DNA of 63,803 nucleotides, filler included, from Sphacelaria rigidula (lineage: Eukaryota): assembly GCA_964200075.2 (NCBI GenBank). It is 6 parts of 6 records of this genome, joined end to end, with 100 filler letters (N's around TTAATTAATTAA, not from the genome) between each part and the next. Parts side by side here need not be neighbours in the genome. Positions count along the whole stretch, not along the records: positions 10,652 to 21,202 come from CAXNAA020006291.1; positions 21,303 to 31,853 come from CAXNAA020006292.1; 4 more parts are not named here. One strand, given 5' to 3'. The translations under genes were made by a program, and so were the position numbers. Shown piece after piece: positions 13,057 through 25,689 of the stretch. The notes beneath the pieces were generated by a model. That model made no database searches. It was not told the origin of the DNA and saw only the letters and a program-made list of their open reading frames with translations. The first letter of the stretch is position 1. Each line of letters opens with the position of its first letter.

Positions 13057-13305
13057 GCCCAACAGTGGAGAGCGACGATGTCGTGGGTACAATAATTTCG
13101 ACTTGATCATTGACGACGGAAAGGAACCGCTGACCCCTTCTCGTGATAAAAAAAGGCAAGCACCGCAGAAGGAGTGGGGTACAAAAAAAAACTAATGTCT
13201 TGACCTTCCTCCTGTGTGATCCCTGCTGATGCGCCAACATATATACAAGGATGTGGACTGGTGTCCAGAATATAAGGGGATGACAACACACAAACACATA
13301 CACAA
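13057..13305 (+). mobile_element. 3' end of (AC)n-tailed retroelement
   Basis: Aligns with the reverse complement of 56365-56610 (GGAGAGCGACGATGTCGTGGGTACA, TGACCTTCCTCCTGTGT) and ends in a CA-rich tail. Confidence 0.7.
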
Positions 13306-14227
13306 ATGTAGCATAACAATACGAAAGGGTGTGGGACAGCGCTTTCTCGAAACGCAACCCGAAATTCGTAGGCCAACTGTGTTTTTGTTTCTTGGGGAGC
13401 ATTTCATGAGCACTTCACCTTCAGGAGGTGATCGGCCTGGGACAGGTTTTTCATGGATCGAGGTTTTTCCACGCAGCCTTTGCCGCCCTTGTACACCGCG
13501 TTTTGGTCAACTACGACCACCTCATGTATACTCTCGTCTTCTTCTCTGGGCGCCAGGGGGATGGGAACGCGTGAGGGGCGGGAAGGGTGTACTCATGATC
13601 ATGCATGCCATAGGGCTATGCTTTACTCTTGTTTGAGGCTTCAACAATGCTGCGACCATGTGTATGAACCATGAGCATCTCGCACGAGCCATACTGTGGC
13701 TTTCCTGAACGATTAGCGCTGTCGTGCCTATGACTCTTTATCCTGTAGGAGCGGGAAAGTGATGGGCGCTGGCCATACTCGTGTTGTAAACCAGTTCAAA
13801 CAAGACCCAAGACAACCATTGAACGTATCCATACATAGCCTGACCCGGCTAGGTGATTTGATCGAGTTCACTTGGTCATGTATTCGGCGAGCATCAATGG
13901 CGTGTGCAAATAATTGCGTAGTCTTTCCGTCTCCAAGTGTGCACTTTTGTCACCATTCGTGGTATGCGGTTCAACACAAAAAGTCGCGGCAACCTAATTT
14001 ATCAAGAGATCGAAGCCAAAAAAAGCACATCGTACGAACCTGAGCAAGAGCTATCGTGATAATTATCGAGTGCTATTTGGAGGGCAGTGCAACCCTATTG
14101 ATCAACGTTTGAACCTCTCCGACCGTTTGTCGTTCGTCAGCTGTTGGTCCCCATGGGTCTGCATCTCGTACATGTATATCTGAAGCTCTATCGCTGCACA
14201 TGCCGAACCCCAATTCAACATGGAAAA

Positions 14228-15589
14228 TTAGAATTCGATCTTGACATCAATTTCGATTTTGTTTTGTTCAGACACGCCCTGATGAGGCACAACTGCACAA
14301 GATGAAGCAGCGGCGCTGCTCATGTGCGTCCGGCGCTCTACTGCGTTTGCAGTATATCTACATACCACGGATACATACAAAGTTCGGGCTGGTTTACGCG
14401 TCATTTCGTCCGCAGCGCACAGCGTTCGACAGGTGCACCTTTCGGCGCCACGCAGGGGTGGGAGGAAGTACTCTTTAGTACCCAGCAAATGCTTTCCCCA
14501 CCCCTCACTTTCGTGTAGTACAAACACTCTTGCGCATTCTCGAGACGAGCACATGCGACATCTCGATGCTTCCTCGTCGGGATCATTCACTGTATCGGGG
14601 TGGCTCCCTTGGTGACGTCTACTCTACAAGGGGAGAGGGGGCAGTACAGGCACAACCCACGCATTCCTACCATCTACGGCGGACTGCTGCCGAAATAGCC
14701 CCCCCCCGAACCGGCGAAAAACGTGCACGGAGGTGATGATCATACATGCCGTTAGAGCTGGTTTCGGGCTGCACGACGCGACTCATATGGGCGTTTTAGC
14801 TGATTTCAGACTGATACACGCCTGTCATGCGGGCGAAAGTGCTGCAAACGAGCCCAATAGTGGGATCGCAGCCGGTTTGTCGGACGGTCTCCGTTGCACT
14901 TTTTGTGGGAGGGCTATCTCGGCATTAGTCGGCGGGCGCCGTGTTACTTGGGGACACACTGCCGCAGTACGCTACAGTACAATCCCACGCCACCCCTGCC
15001 ACAAGGTGCCGTACTGCCTGTTCGGAATCGATCACCCCGCGAGTTCACGCCCATCGTCGGCGTTGCGGGTTAAATCATTTGTCTAAAGTTCTCGAGTTAT
15101 CGTGTTTTTCACGTACTCTACTACAGTACTGTACCGTGTAGTGTAATTCAAAATTGCTGGATATCTGGATATACGACAGTAGACGGATCGGGTCAAGCGA
15201 CCCCCATTCACCACCGTGTACAGAAAACAAGAAAACTTGGACGTAACATGGCGTTTTGCTTACATTCCATTTTCATCAGAGGATTGACGAATATGTTTCT
15301 GTTGCAATGCGTCCGTTATGCCCGCGAGAACGTCATGTTAGGTCGATCTAATTCATACCGGCGGAGCCCCACTACACTTGTAGTCTGGCGCAACTACATG
15401 CTCCAGAACTCACTTTGAATTACAGACACATCACTACAAGTACATAATCGTCCGCAAAATGCAAAAATGCAACAACAACAAAAAGGGTACTCACGTATAC
15501 GCCAACAGGAAGCGATTCAGCCCATCGTTACCATCATCTTTCTGTCCGTTGGATTTACTTAAGTCGATGAGCACAAAAGGTTGCGCCAT
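14228..15589 (-). CDS. hypothetical 107-aa protein, 4 coding exons
   Basis: Exons 15589-15495, 15298-15264, 14589-14509 and 14340-14228; all introns GT-AG with compatible phases (2,1,1). Translation MAQPFVLIDLSKSNGQKDDGNDGLNRFLLAYTNIFVNPLMKMELNDPDEEASRCRMCSSRECARVFVLHEIERRTHMSS...KIEF*. No family recognised. Confidence 0.5.
14682..14930. mobile_element. 249-bp MITE, GAC...GTC termini, 4-bp TSD GGCG
   Basis: Termini GACTGCTGCCGAAATAGCCC and GGGCTATCTCGGCATTAGTC; GGCG at 14678-14681 and 14931-14934. An inverted copy lies at 62478-62729. Confidence 0.85.
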
Positions 15590-15811
15590 GCTTGCTTTCC
15601 GAACTGCCTGCTGCTGTCGATACCCTGGTGCTGGATGAGCTGAAAGAGAGTTTGACACACAGGTGAGAACCGAACCACTTTGTAGAACCGAACTTATCTC
15701 ACCTCATCTGAATTTTGCGAAGAGACATTAGCTCAGGATACACTACAGCTGTACAGTACAGTCTATTCTCCTGACACCCGGCCGGCGTGAAAACGAGCAC
15801 ACTACATAGTA

Positions 15812-18800
15812 ATGGCGATGACTGACGTATATTGTGGGGTGAAAGAAAGACCTCCCGGAGGTGGAAGCAAAAGGCGAGGAAGGCAAGGAGCAGGAGCTTG
15901 TACTGATGGTGGCTGTGGTGGACGGTTATCCCAGGCACAGCGAGAGCAAGTAGTTCAGGCTAAGCGACTCGAGCGCGCCGAGCGCAAGCGAGCTCAGGCT
16001 GCCGAAGAACCAGAGGATGAGGAGGTCAGGCTGTTTATAGTGTCCAGTTTCTTGAAGTCGTATATTAAGACAAGGCATGGTGCAGTATACTCACTGACAA
16101 CAGGCACGGTAGGGTGTGCCCAACGATCCGAAGTATGCGTACCACAAGACACGGAACCAACACAACCATGGGCGCCCTGATAACACAGCGCTCTCCACAT
16201 TGCAGCACAACAGACAGTGAGGCACTACACAGTACAAGGTCTAACTGCACCCTGCGCGTTTTTCCCGCGTGCAGTGGAGTTTCGATAGCCTGCATCGGAG
16301 AACAGGCCACCTCGTGGTTCGCTGGGCATAACCGGCTGGGTTACCCTGTGCTGTAGGTGCCGCAGACGCGAATGGAGGCGTCGGTCGGCATGCTCGAGCA
16401 CGACGTGTAACCTGTATACGTACGGTATAGTGTTGCTTGTGTCCGTCGCTTGGTTGCTGTTGACAGCAACGAAGCAAATCTCAAACACTAGACCCCAAGG
16501 ATGTTCCGGTCCACGCACATGTTTGAGCACACCTATGCGCTTCGTATGCTGTGATGCAGGCATCCTCCATGTGGCAACTAAAATACTCGTTCCAGGATCC
16601 CGTAGGTGTGATCCGCATAACGGAGGATTGGTCTGGGGACGGAAATGGCATTGCGGGGTTGCAGTGGCTTGGGGGAGTTGTCCTGAGGTGAGAACAGTAG
16701 GTATGTTTGCCGCTCAGATACTCTACTCTCTGCAGCACCCGAAGTCAAGGCACATGTACGCCAAATATGCATTTACTTTCCATTCGATATATGGTGGATT
16801 GCCCCGCAGAATCGGTACTGTAACTGACAACTTCTTGTGTATGTACCTAACGAAGTGCTTCAGGACAGAATTTGCCACGACAAACGTGAAAAGCGCCTCG
16901 TGCTTCCCATGTGGTCATGGTTCCTAGTTTCTCGTGCGTCCTGATGACATGAAATGCCCCAGTGGCTCACGATCTTCAACAGTATGCATAAAGGCGTTGA
17001 TAACATTTATTTTTACATCTGGATATTTTGGAAACGGCAAAGCGTGAAGTCACCCCATGCCCAGCTGCTGCTTTCACCCCGCACGGGTACCCTTCACAGT
17101 CTTCCTGCGGCCCCGCTGCCCCCCATCCTTCGACCACCCGCATTGCTATTTCAGCCGTTACATGGATAGCAGGCAAATTTTCGCGGAGGATCACTTCGTG
17201 GGTCTGCGGGTAATTGAGGTGGGGGCGGGATGCGGGCTGACGAGTATCTATGCCGCGATGCGAGGGGCGGACGTGACCATAACTGACATGGATATTGGTG
17301 CGTAAGTGGTGTGTAATGTGGATTTTGTGGCAGATCGCTTGTTGTATGCACGTTTAAAGTGCCAGCTTCTACGTGAGAAAAACTCGTCGTGTTAAATCAA
17401 TCCTAGGCCAGCCGGTACATGGTGTGTTTAGTTGAGCAGTGGTTGGTTTCACGGTTCTGAGAGCTTTCTAGATCAGTTCACCTCGCGGTGAGTTGGATGC
17501 TGCGGTAGAGAGTGTGGTTGTTGACAAGCACGTCGACGTGAAGGTGTCGGCTACCACCCTACAAGCTATCACCTCATACATCGACTCATCACTCCACCCC
17601 GCGCGCGGTTCGCTTGTGACAATCTGCGTCAGCGACTACAGGTTGATTACACGGTACAAGAGCAGCTCTGCAGTGCCAAATAATCAATAAGCATCGAAAG
17701 AAAACACTCCCCGTAGTTCGTTCCACCACAGAGTTGAGACGGTTCATCGATCGGCTCTTCCATGCAGATAAATGCCTGGAGAATGTGGAGACGAACCTCG
17801 GCCCCGCCGGGATCGCCGACAAAGTATGCGTGAGGCGCTTAGTGTGGGCATCGGCAGAAGACTTGGCCATGTGCGAACCTCCATACGATATGGTGATCGC
17901 GGGCGATTGCCTCTACGAAGAGGCGTGCATTACGCCGCTGCTCAAGACAATGTGGGAGCTAGCGGGACCGGAGACGGATGTGAGCACGCTCATTTGCTTG
18001 ATGAACATGAGAGCAATACCCCTCGGTTATCTTCTGAGACTACAGAACCATAATTATTGGTAGCACTGGGAGTGTTCTCAATCCGGTTTTTACGTGCACG
18101 TATTGCTGGTTCATTTCACTTTTCACGCGCGCGTTCGCGAGGCCGGCAGGTGGCCAACGCTGTTGAATATTCGTTACTATTTTTGCACGCTTGCGTGACA
18201 GTGGCACTTGAGATATCGGGCAACTTTCCGGGCACGATTCCCACATTGTTTTTGTGGTGATATGTATTTGGAGCAATGCTACGGGAGGGGTGCACTTTTT
18301 TCGCGAACTTTTGTCTGGTTCAGGGGCTCCTAACGATTTTAGACGCACAAGAATATGGGTCAGAGCATTCCCGTTTGCAGATTTATTCGGGACATCCCCA
18401 GCGCATTGCAATAGCAATCCTGGCATACTCTCGCATATCTTCATAAGTCGTGTTTTGGATGAGATGAAGGGCCTCTAACAATTCTAACCTCAGAAAATAT
18501 TTGTGTACCCCTACCGTAGCATCACTGCTTGACGCACCCGCTCAGCCCTGCGTTTGTGCCACGTTTCCGCGTGGTTCTGCTTGTGGTTTCTCAGGTGCTA
18601 CTATGCGGAGTTGTCGGGCACGGGATCTTGAAAAGCTTCCTTGCGCAGGTAACCACATTGGCTCGCGAGCTCAGGTAGTATCAATTATTTGACGCTATAT
18701 GTGTGCGTTTTGGTGTAAATCTCGGTGAGGACGCTTGTGGTGACCACACCACGGGCTCATGGCTGAGTTTCTGGGTTTCGGGTCTTGCGAAAAGTAGCGA

Positions 18801-19760
18801 TGGCGTCGGGTTATCAACAAGGAACGAGAATATTGCGTAGCACCTTCTTACTCCTGCTCGAGGTGTGTCGCTTCGCGTCTACGCACACTCCATTATTTTC
18901 AAGCAGAGTCTCTCCAGCCAAAGGGCTTCCACTGCTGTCGAACGGATAAATATATCGACAACTTCCAATCTCCGAATAGAATAAGTCTAATTTTCCCGCT
19001 CTCACCAGCTGCTCTCGAGTTTTCAAAATTGACACCCGTCGTTATCGTCGGCTGATGATGGTAGCCTGAAAAAAAGCAAGGAGCCTTATCGCCTTTCCTC
19101 CCTCTCGCAGTCGGTCACTGAGCATTTTACATCTGATAGTGTTTTCATGAGATTAAGAGTAGAGGATACGATTGAGAGTAAAGAGTGGTCAATTAGTGAA
19201 TGAATCGTTTCAGTTCCGAAATGCCCGTCGACGAGGCCCAATATGCTTTCTGTTGTAGCTTGCCAATGGGGCCCTTGATATCCTTGAGGAGGATATCGAC
19301 GTGCAGCTTGAAGCACACGCCAGTGATGGAGGCAGAGAAGAACACACACGGAATGAAAAGTTGGCTTAGTTAAAGCGAATGATCAAAGCCAGTCTCAATC
19401 AGCGCTCTTCTCTCAATCTCACGAAAATTTTGTTGTGTCTCGTGCGTGCCTACCAATAATTAAACACAACATTTCCAGGTGGACTCGTACTTTACCCGCG
19501 AAACAATAGACACGTCCAAGATAGACACCCTAGCTGCTGGCCTCAGCCAGGCTCCTTCCGGACGCGACTCTGTTGAAGACAGCGCCGAAACACCGACGGC
19601 AGAAGAGCAAACACCGTCGGGGAATGGCGAAAACGCCTCGGGAAGAGCACGTGATTCAAAGTGTCCGGGACAGCGAGCGCTGTTGAGGTTGCGGAAGAAG
19701 CTGGAGGTCAAGGAGTGTGTGACTGCGAGCGTGGATGTCGGGGTGTTGCCTACACGATGA
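15812..19760 (+). CDS. class I SAM-dependent protein methyltransferase, Methyltransf_16 / METTL21-like, about 345 aa
   Basis: Exons 15812-16024, 16306-16347, 16596-16687, 17155-17297, 17768-17979, 18595-18648 and 19479-19760, with consistent phases. Motifs GIAGLQWLGGVVLSRY, VIEVGAGCGL (motif I), VTITD, LVW and VIAGDCLY (DxxY). The exon 2 donor (GTGCTG) is weak. Confidence 0.88.
19135..19434. mobile_element. diverged copy of the 291-bp AAC...GTT MITE, in the last methyltransferase intron
   Basis: Collinear with 20796-21086 along its full length; termini and TSD are eroded. Confidence 0.8.
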
Positions 19761-20504
19761 GGGACGAGTTGATTGACCGAGAAATCATCGGTCGACGATT
19801 GACGTTCACCGCGGTCGGTCTTCGGGACATTGATAGGAATGGAAGGGTGATTTCGGCGCAAACGTGGTGGTGATCGCAATATCCCTTGGCGTGTAGTGTA
19901 CATCATGTGCTTGTAAGTAACGTGTTGATACTCATTCGCGGACCGCTTTGTTCCACGATCACATGAAGTGGCGCGATCCATCGCAATGATGATGGCGATA
20001 GCGAGCACCGCAAGATAAAAAACAAGGCCGACGGTTGTATTGGCTGAAGAAACGCGTAGCCACCGAAGACCCCGCGTTTGACTGCGGCGCTGAGGGGTAT
20101 AACTCAGAAAGTGCTGTAAGTACTGCAACAGTTTGCTGCGGCGAATGATCTGCCCTGCTGCTGCACAGTCTGGCAGATTCACGAGCTTGTCATTGTGGCC
20201 ACCTTGCAACGTTGCACAGTTCTAACTAACCCTGCTGGTATTACGCGGCAACCGTGAGGACCATACTTCCCCCCTGGAAGGCCTGGTCCACACGACGTCA
20301 AACGCATGAAAAAAAAGCTCGTAGCAGGCCGTGATGCCGTTGTTTCGGAATGCTTTCCTACCATGTATTTCGTGTCGCATATTACGGGCACTAGCATCGT
20401 GCACAAATCGCCCTGTAACAAACGAGATCCACCGGGGTGTGGTGGACGATGTATGATGTACCTGCACCCAACGTAGATGGACATTTTGTTTTCCGTCGCA
20501 CTTT

Positions 20505-20785
20505 CGACCCCTCTTCCCGTGGATGAGTCCGTGGTCTCGAGGGATCAACCCATCTCTCCCCCGGTAAATGCCATGCATTTTGGCATGGCGTATTGGATCA
20601 GCAATCCCGCACGTTGTCGATTCTCTTCAAACACACCATTTTTGCCACTCACGTCCTCACGCTCTCAACGGCGGTGGAAATCAAATCATTATTATGAGGA
20701 AATGCCAAACGCATCGTATGGCGCAAATCGAACCCGCGTTGTTTCCACCCTCATGAAGTCGTACCATTAGACCACCGGCGCGCAG
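20505..20785 (-). mobile_element. tRNA-derived SINE-like repeat
   Basis: Minus strand has A-box TGGTCTAATGG and B-box-like GGTTCGATT. Body GCCAAAATGCATGGC...GGAGAGA.GG is shared with 50600-50700. Confidence 0.6.
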
Positions 20786-20795
20786 CGGAACACAT

Positions 20796-21086
20796 AACAG
20801 TGTTTTCGTGAGATTGAGAGTAGATAATACGATTGAGAGTGAAAAGCGGTCAACCAGTGAATGAATCGTTTCAGTTCCGAAATGCACTTCCACGAGGCCC
20901 AACATGCTTTCTGCAATAGCTGGCCCTTGATATCCCTGGGTAGGATATCGACGTGTAGCTGTAAGCACGCGCAAGTGATGGAGGTAAAGAAAAGCACACG
21001 GGGAATAAAAGAATGACTCACTTTAAGCGAATGATCAAAGCCACTCTCAATCGAAGATCTACTCTCAATCTCACGAAAACGTTGTT
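20796..21086. mobile_element. 291-bp MITE, AAC...GTT termini, 4-bp TSD ACAT
   Basis: TIRs AACAGTGTTTTCGTGAGATTGAGAGTAGA and TCTACTCTCAATCTCACGAAAACGTTGTT; ACAT at 20792-20795 and 21087-21090. Confidence 0.88.
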
Positions 21087-21202
21087 ACATATGATCGAAA
21101 CACTGGTTTTTGGAGCCAAGTGCAGCGATTGACTACGAGCTGGGCCAGCCAAGAGTAGAAGTGAATCTCGCTCAGGCGACGCACGGCGCGATATTAGGAG
21201 TT

Positions 21203-21302
21203 NNNNNNNNNNNNNNNNNNNNNNNNNNNNNNNNNNNNNNNNNNNNTTAATTAATTAANNNNNNNNNNNNNNNNNNNNNNNNNNNNNNNNNNNNNNNNNN
21301 NN
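21203..21302. other. artificial scaffold linker
   Basis: N44-TTAATTAATTAA-N44. Confidence 0.99.
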
Positions 21303-21375
21303 CGACTTTGTAGGGATGCGAGGTCAATGGTCTTATGACTATGGCATGCATGATCATGAGTACACCCCCCCCCCT
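21303..21375 (+). mobile_element. 3' end of poly(C)-tailed LINE, family 2
   Basis: CTTTGTAGGGATGCGAGGTCAATGGTCTTATGACTATGGCATGCATGATCATGAGTACA followed by a C tract. Confidence 0.78.
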
Positions 21376-23254
21376 CCGGCGGTCGTAGGAATTGTTTTTT
21401 CCACAGTAAGAAACACTCAATATACAGCCATTTTCGGGCGACTTGGGTGAAGTAGCGCCCATGACCGTTGGCCCTATCTGCCACCACAACACTGGACGCA
21501 AATTGGCGGTGAAGATAGATGCGCTAAGCTCGATTGAGGAAGCATTGCAGATCATTGGGGTATTTGTCTGGTCTTGTTCTTGTCGTGGAATGGTAATGTG
21601 CAATGTAGTGCCGAAACTCATGAATATAACTTGGCCTTAGCTCCGGAGGTATGCGAAGAATGAAATAATCATTCCCACGAATTGTTACTCTTTATTTTAC
21701 TTTTTCACTTTTTTACTTTTTTATATATACGTGGGATTTAGTAACCCTCCCCCCCCGAAAACACCCAGGATTGAAAAAGTCGGCGTAGGGCCTCGCAGTT
21801 TTTTTTAGCACCCCTGTACATACTAGAAAATATGTAGGTGTGTTTCACAAATGATGACGGATATCCCAGAGAGTGCACTACCCACATACATGCGTCAAAC
21901 CTCTTGACTCGCACCCCTACCTAATGCGCACCGTCTCTTTCCACCCGCTGTCGCTGGCACCTTTTCCACAAACCAGACGATCCTCCCCGACGGAGACACG
22001 ATCGAGCTCGACAAGGCCTTGGAGGATGTCGTGTCTGATGTCGCCGGAGTCGAGAGTGCCTAGCTGCTCGGCATGATGAGTCCAAGTCTTTTCGATCGTG
22101 AGTACCCGCCTAGTCTTGAATGTGTCGGTATCGTCCTCACGTGGTGCCTAGTAAATGGATACGTTTGGAAGCATCATCCCCATACGGGACAAAAGGACGT
22201 CCTGTTTGCGCCAGTTTCTAATTTGAAGTTGTTGAAATTCGCCCAACTGTACTGAAGCGCCCGATTTATCGACTGTAACCTGCCCTATTAACCTCTGCGA
22301 TCCCCCGTACCCTTCGCCGCTGCCCCCGATCAATCATTTCCGCAGGATCATGCAGAAGACGTGCAAGACGCATCTCTTCCATGTGTCGACGCTCGGCGTG
22401 ACATCAAATTGCACAGAGTCGGCGATTTGTGTACGCCACGTACTGTCCCTCAAGGAGGAGAGCAGGGATGTGGGGCAGGAGCGGTGGTCTTGGAGCCTAC
22501 CGAGACCCAGCGTCCGGTGTTCGTTGTACCATTGATTGCTGTTCAGCACAGCATGGTTTTTTGTTTTGGTTAGCCAGTTCCAAGTACTCCCGGTGTTTTG
22601 CAGCTGATTTGTCGATGCGGTAGTATTTGTTTTCCCGTGTTGATGGGTCAGTCCGTCGGCTCATGTTTCCAGTGCATTTTGGGAAATCCGATGCGGTTGG
22701 CGAGAGTCACTGGCAAAATCGATTTGCTGCAGCTCATAGACGGGAGGCGCTCCATTGGCTTCGTGCAAGAGAACTTGTTATGATCCGCTGCCATCGAGGG
22801 TGAGATCATGGAACAGAATCCAGGGTCCCACCACGTTTCGCGACTTTTCTCGGCACGAAAAGACGGGATATCAGCAGTCATATCACACGCGATGACTTGC
22901 GCTTTCAAAAACAACGACGGAAACTGCGGCGAAAGTTTTCAACAGAAACGTGATCTCAAGATATCCACGAGCCCCTAGTCCACACGAATGGTGGCATCAA
23001 CCGCAATTGCGAATGAATTCGGGCACAACCTGGCTAAATCGTATCTTATACTCGAACCGCACGACTCACTACTGTGGAGACCTCTTGAACGGTGCATTCT
23101 TCCACAAATGCGCGCCTGTGGGCCAGCGCGCAACATTGTCCAACATTATTCTGCCATTCCATTCAGGCAACGGGTGGCGGGAATGTTGCAACATGCTACA
23201 CCTGTAAACTTTTCGTCTCATCATCGGAACCGGCGCAGCGAGACAGTTATGAAA

Positions 23255-23452
23255 AAAACCTCACTCTCGATCGTACTTTCAACGCTCGATTTCACGGAAA
23301 CACTGTTGGATTTACCGGCAGGATTTTGCACCAATGTGCGAGGTAAGCGTTTTGTCGATTAATTATGCAGACACTCCCCGCCGCTGATAGCCATCCGAAG
23401 CCTACTCTCAATCGTATCATCTACTCTCAATCCCACGAAAACATTGCTGTTA
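23255..23452. repeat. two isolated TIR fragments of the 291-bp MITE family
   Basis: CACTCTCGATCG..TTTCACGGAAACACTGTT at about 23260-23307 and CTACTCTCAATCCCACGAAAACATTG at about 23420-23447. Confidence 0.55.
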
Positions 23453-24895
23453 CTCCTCGGCAGGTGCTAGAGCGCTTGCATGTACTGGGGACGGGCAACT
23501 GCTTCGACGTCAACGGACAGTGTTCTTCAGTGAGCGATCAGCTCTCGCGACATTTTTCACGGGTTCTGTGAAAAAATTGTCCACGAATTGTATACAACGT
23601 GGATTTTTCTGCCCAAGGTTGACGATCTCAAACGAGCGTTCGTCGTTGTATCCGTTGTAATATCGTGGCCTGATGTTCATTGCCACTTTTGATATTGCTC
23701 ATTGGGACGTAAATTCGAAAGAGCGTATTTACTTCGTTATTGTCGTGAAATGCCTCATAGGATGGTCCAGCAGGTGCAATTGTAACTATAGACGCCGGTT
23801 ATTAAATTCATTGATGAATTCTTCTTCGTTGACGGCGGATACGATGTTGTGTGGGTTGCGACGGGGCTTACCGAGCAGCTGCCGATACTGGTGTTCGAGA
23901 TGGGGGGAAGAGGGATAGGTTAGGCGTTCCTGTTGCAAGACGTATACCGTAAACGTGCGAACCTCGGCAGCACGTGCGATCATTGTGTGGAAGGTCAGAG
24001 TTCTTCCTGCTTTAGATCTAGACGTAAGATGAGACTGACTCCCGTCGGAAAATAAAAAAAATCGCTTGCTTCATAGTTTTGTTTGTGCACCCGCGTGTGA
24101 TGACTCAGGCTCGAGCCATACTGAATGGAATTGCAGCGGCTTTACCGCACTGCTGTCGGGTGAAGGCGTCGGGTACATTTCGAACACCGTTGTTACGTGC
24201 ATGCACCGAAGTATTTGCGCAGCAAAGCGTACAGCAAAAGACGCTGCTCCTTGCCCACAAGCAACGCACCACACCCGGATTTTTTTTATTAGTGGCAGCA
24301 CTCGGGTAGAGAGTCAACAACGTACCCGACTCTACCTCACTCTGACTAGAGTCATGAACATATCAACTTCACCCAAAACTTGTACGCCCTAAAAGAGAGC
24401 AAGGTTGGTTTGACACCTTGGAATGCCTTGCTCTACTGGTTGAGACGGTTCGAGCACACCTTGGTATTTTTCCGCCGTTGGCAATTTTTTTCTGGCCAAC
24501 CTTGCTTCTTCTCGGTCTCCGCTGCTTTTTCTCGTAGATCAGTCAAGTCCATACAAAGCTCGGATTTGTTGCTGGATTTGACCGATCTCTGTCTCCAGTG
24601 AGCGGTCTCCGAGAAACTGGTTGGCGTATGCATTGTAGGAAAATAACAAGCCCGGTCGCGTTGTGCTGTTGGGACAGCGAACCCCCCCCCCCGCCCAAGC
24701 ACCATTCCTTCTCCACCTTCCTTTCCTTCGCACGTAGACCAAATGCCGTGTATAGCCGCGACACATTCTTATGGCATTTTATTTTATGGCATCGGTCGGT
24801 ACATGGCCGAAAATCCGGCGAGACAGTTCAACCGACAGGTTTCAGGAGAGGGTGCAGCAATCTGGGCTAATGCTCGTGAGGAATCAAACAGAAAT

Positions 24896-25015
24896 TGATT
24901 GATTTGATTGATTGTCGCGCTTTGACGGACCCCAGGGATCATGATCCAGCCGTGGTCACACGATAGACGTACCCCAGACAGACCAAAATTGAAATACTCG
25001 CTGTGAAAAGAAAAA
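24896..25015 (-). mobile_element. 3' end of (AATC)n-tailed retroelement
   Basis: Reverse complement reads CAGCGAGTATTTCA...GTGACCACGGCTGGATC...GCGCGAC then (AATC)n; matches 7020-7130. Confidence 0.72.
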
Positions 25016-25602
25016 GAGGCCCCACCCATTTCCGCTACATCGATGTTGACGCGGTCAACAAAATGGGTGTGCTTGATAAAAATGAATATAGAAAATAGAA
25101 CACAAAAGGAACCGTCTCAGACCAAACTTCAAACCAAAAAAGAGGGAAAAATCCTGCCAGGAACTCCCGTGGAACAAAACCGAAGGAACAAATGCTTCGC
25201 CGATCTCTCGTTCAAACACAAGATGTATCTTCCTTTTTTTCTGTGATTTTTTGTCGCACATCGACCGACCTCCGAAGACCCCACCCATCTTCGCTCAGTC
25301 GCTTTTTAGTCGACAAAACAGAGGTGAAGGAAAATATGAAACCATTACAAAAGAAAACATGGATAAACGAACTGACTCGCAACGAAACGTAGCCAGCACC
25401 GAGACAAGATCGAAAACAAAACCTCGAAGGGAAATATATGCGTGAACAAACAAACGGAGTCAAATGACGTACAACCGCACCCCTCCGTGTGGGAAAAGTC
25501 AGGCAACGTCGATGAGGTCTGCATTGTCCCTCCGATGGCGGAAATCCATTGCGGCCCTCTCCTGCGCAAGCCCTTGCCCTCCCTCCCCCACTCCAACCCC
25601 GA

Positions 25603-25675
25603 TGCTCCGTCTCGAAAGGGATGCGTGGTCAATGGTCAAATGACTAAGGCAGGCAACAAATGAGTACGCCCCCCC
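25603..25675 (+). mobile_element. 73-bp poly(C)-tailed retroposon with 12-bp TSD
   Basis: CTCCAACCCCGA at 25591-25602 and 25676-25687 flanks TGCTCCGTCTCG...AAATGAGTACGCCCCCCC. Confidence 0.88.
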
Positions 25676-25689
25676 CTCCAACCCCGACG

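Noticed and set aside
21427-22520. Three exon-like blocks on the + strand
   Set aside because: In-frame stop and incompatible phases; no family can be supported.
22600-23990. Minus-strand fragments vaguely like hAT or piggyBac transposase (FPSLFLKA, LLDHP, DNFFT)
   Set aside because: Motifs are short, mutually inconsistent and broken by stops; an HMM search would be needed.
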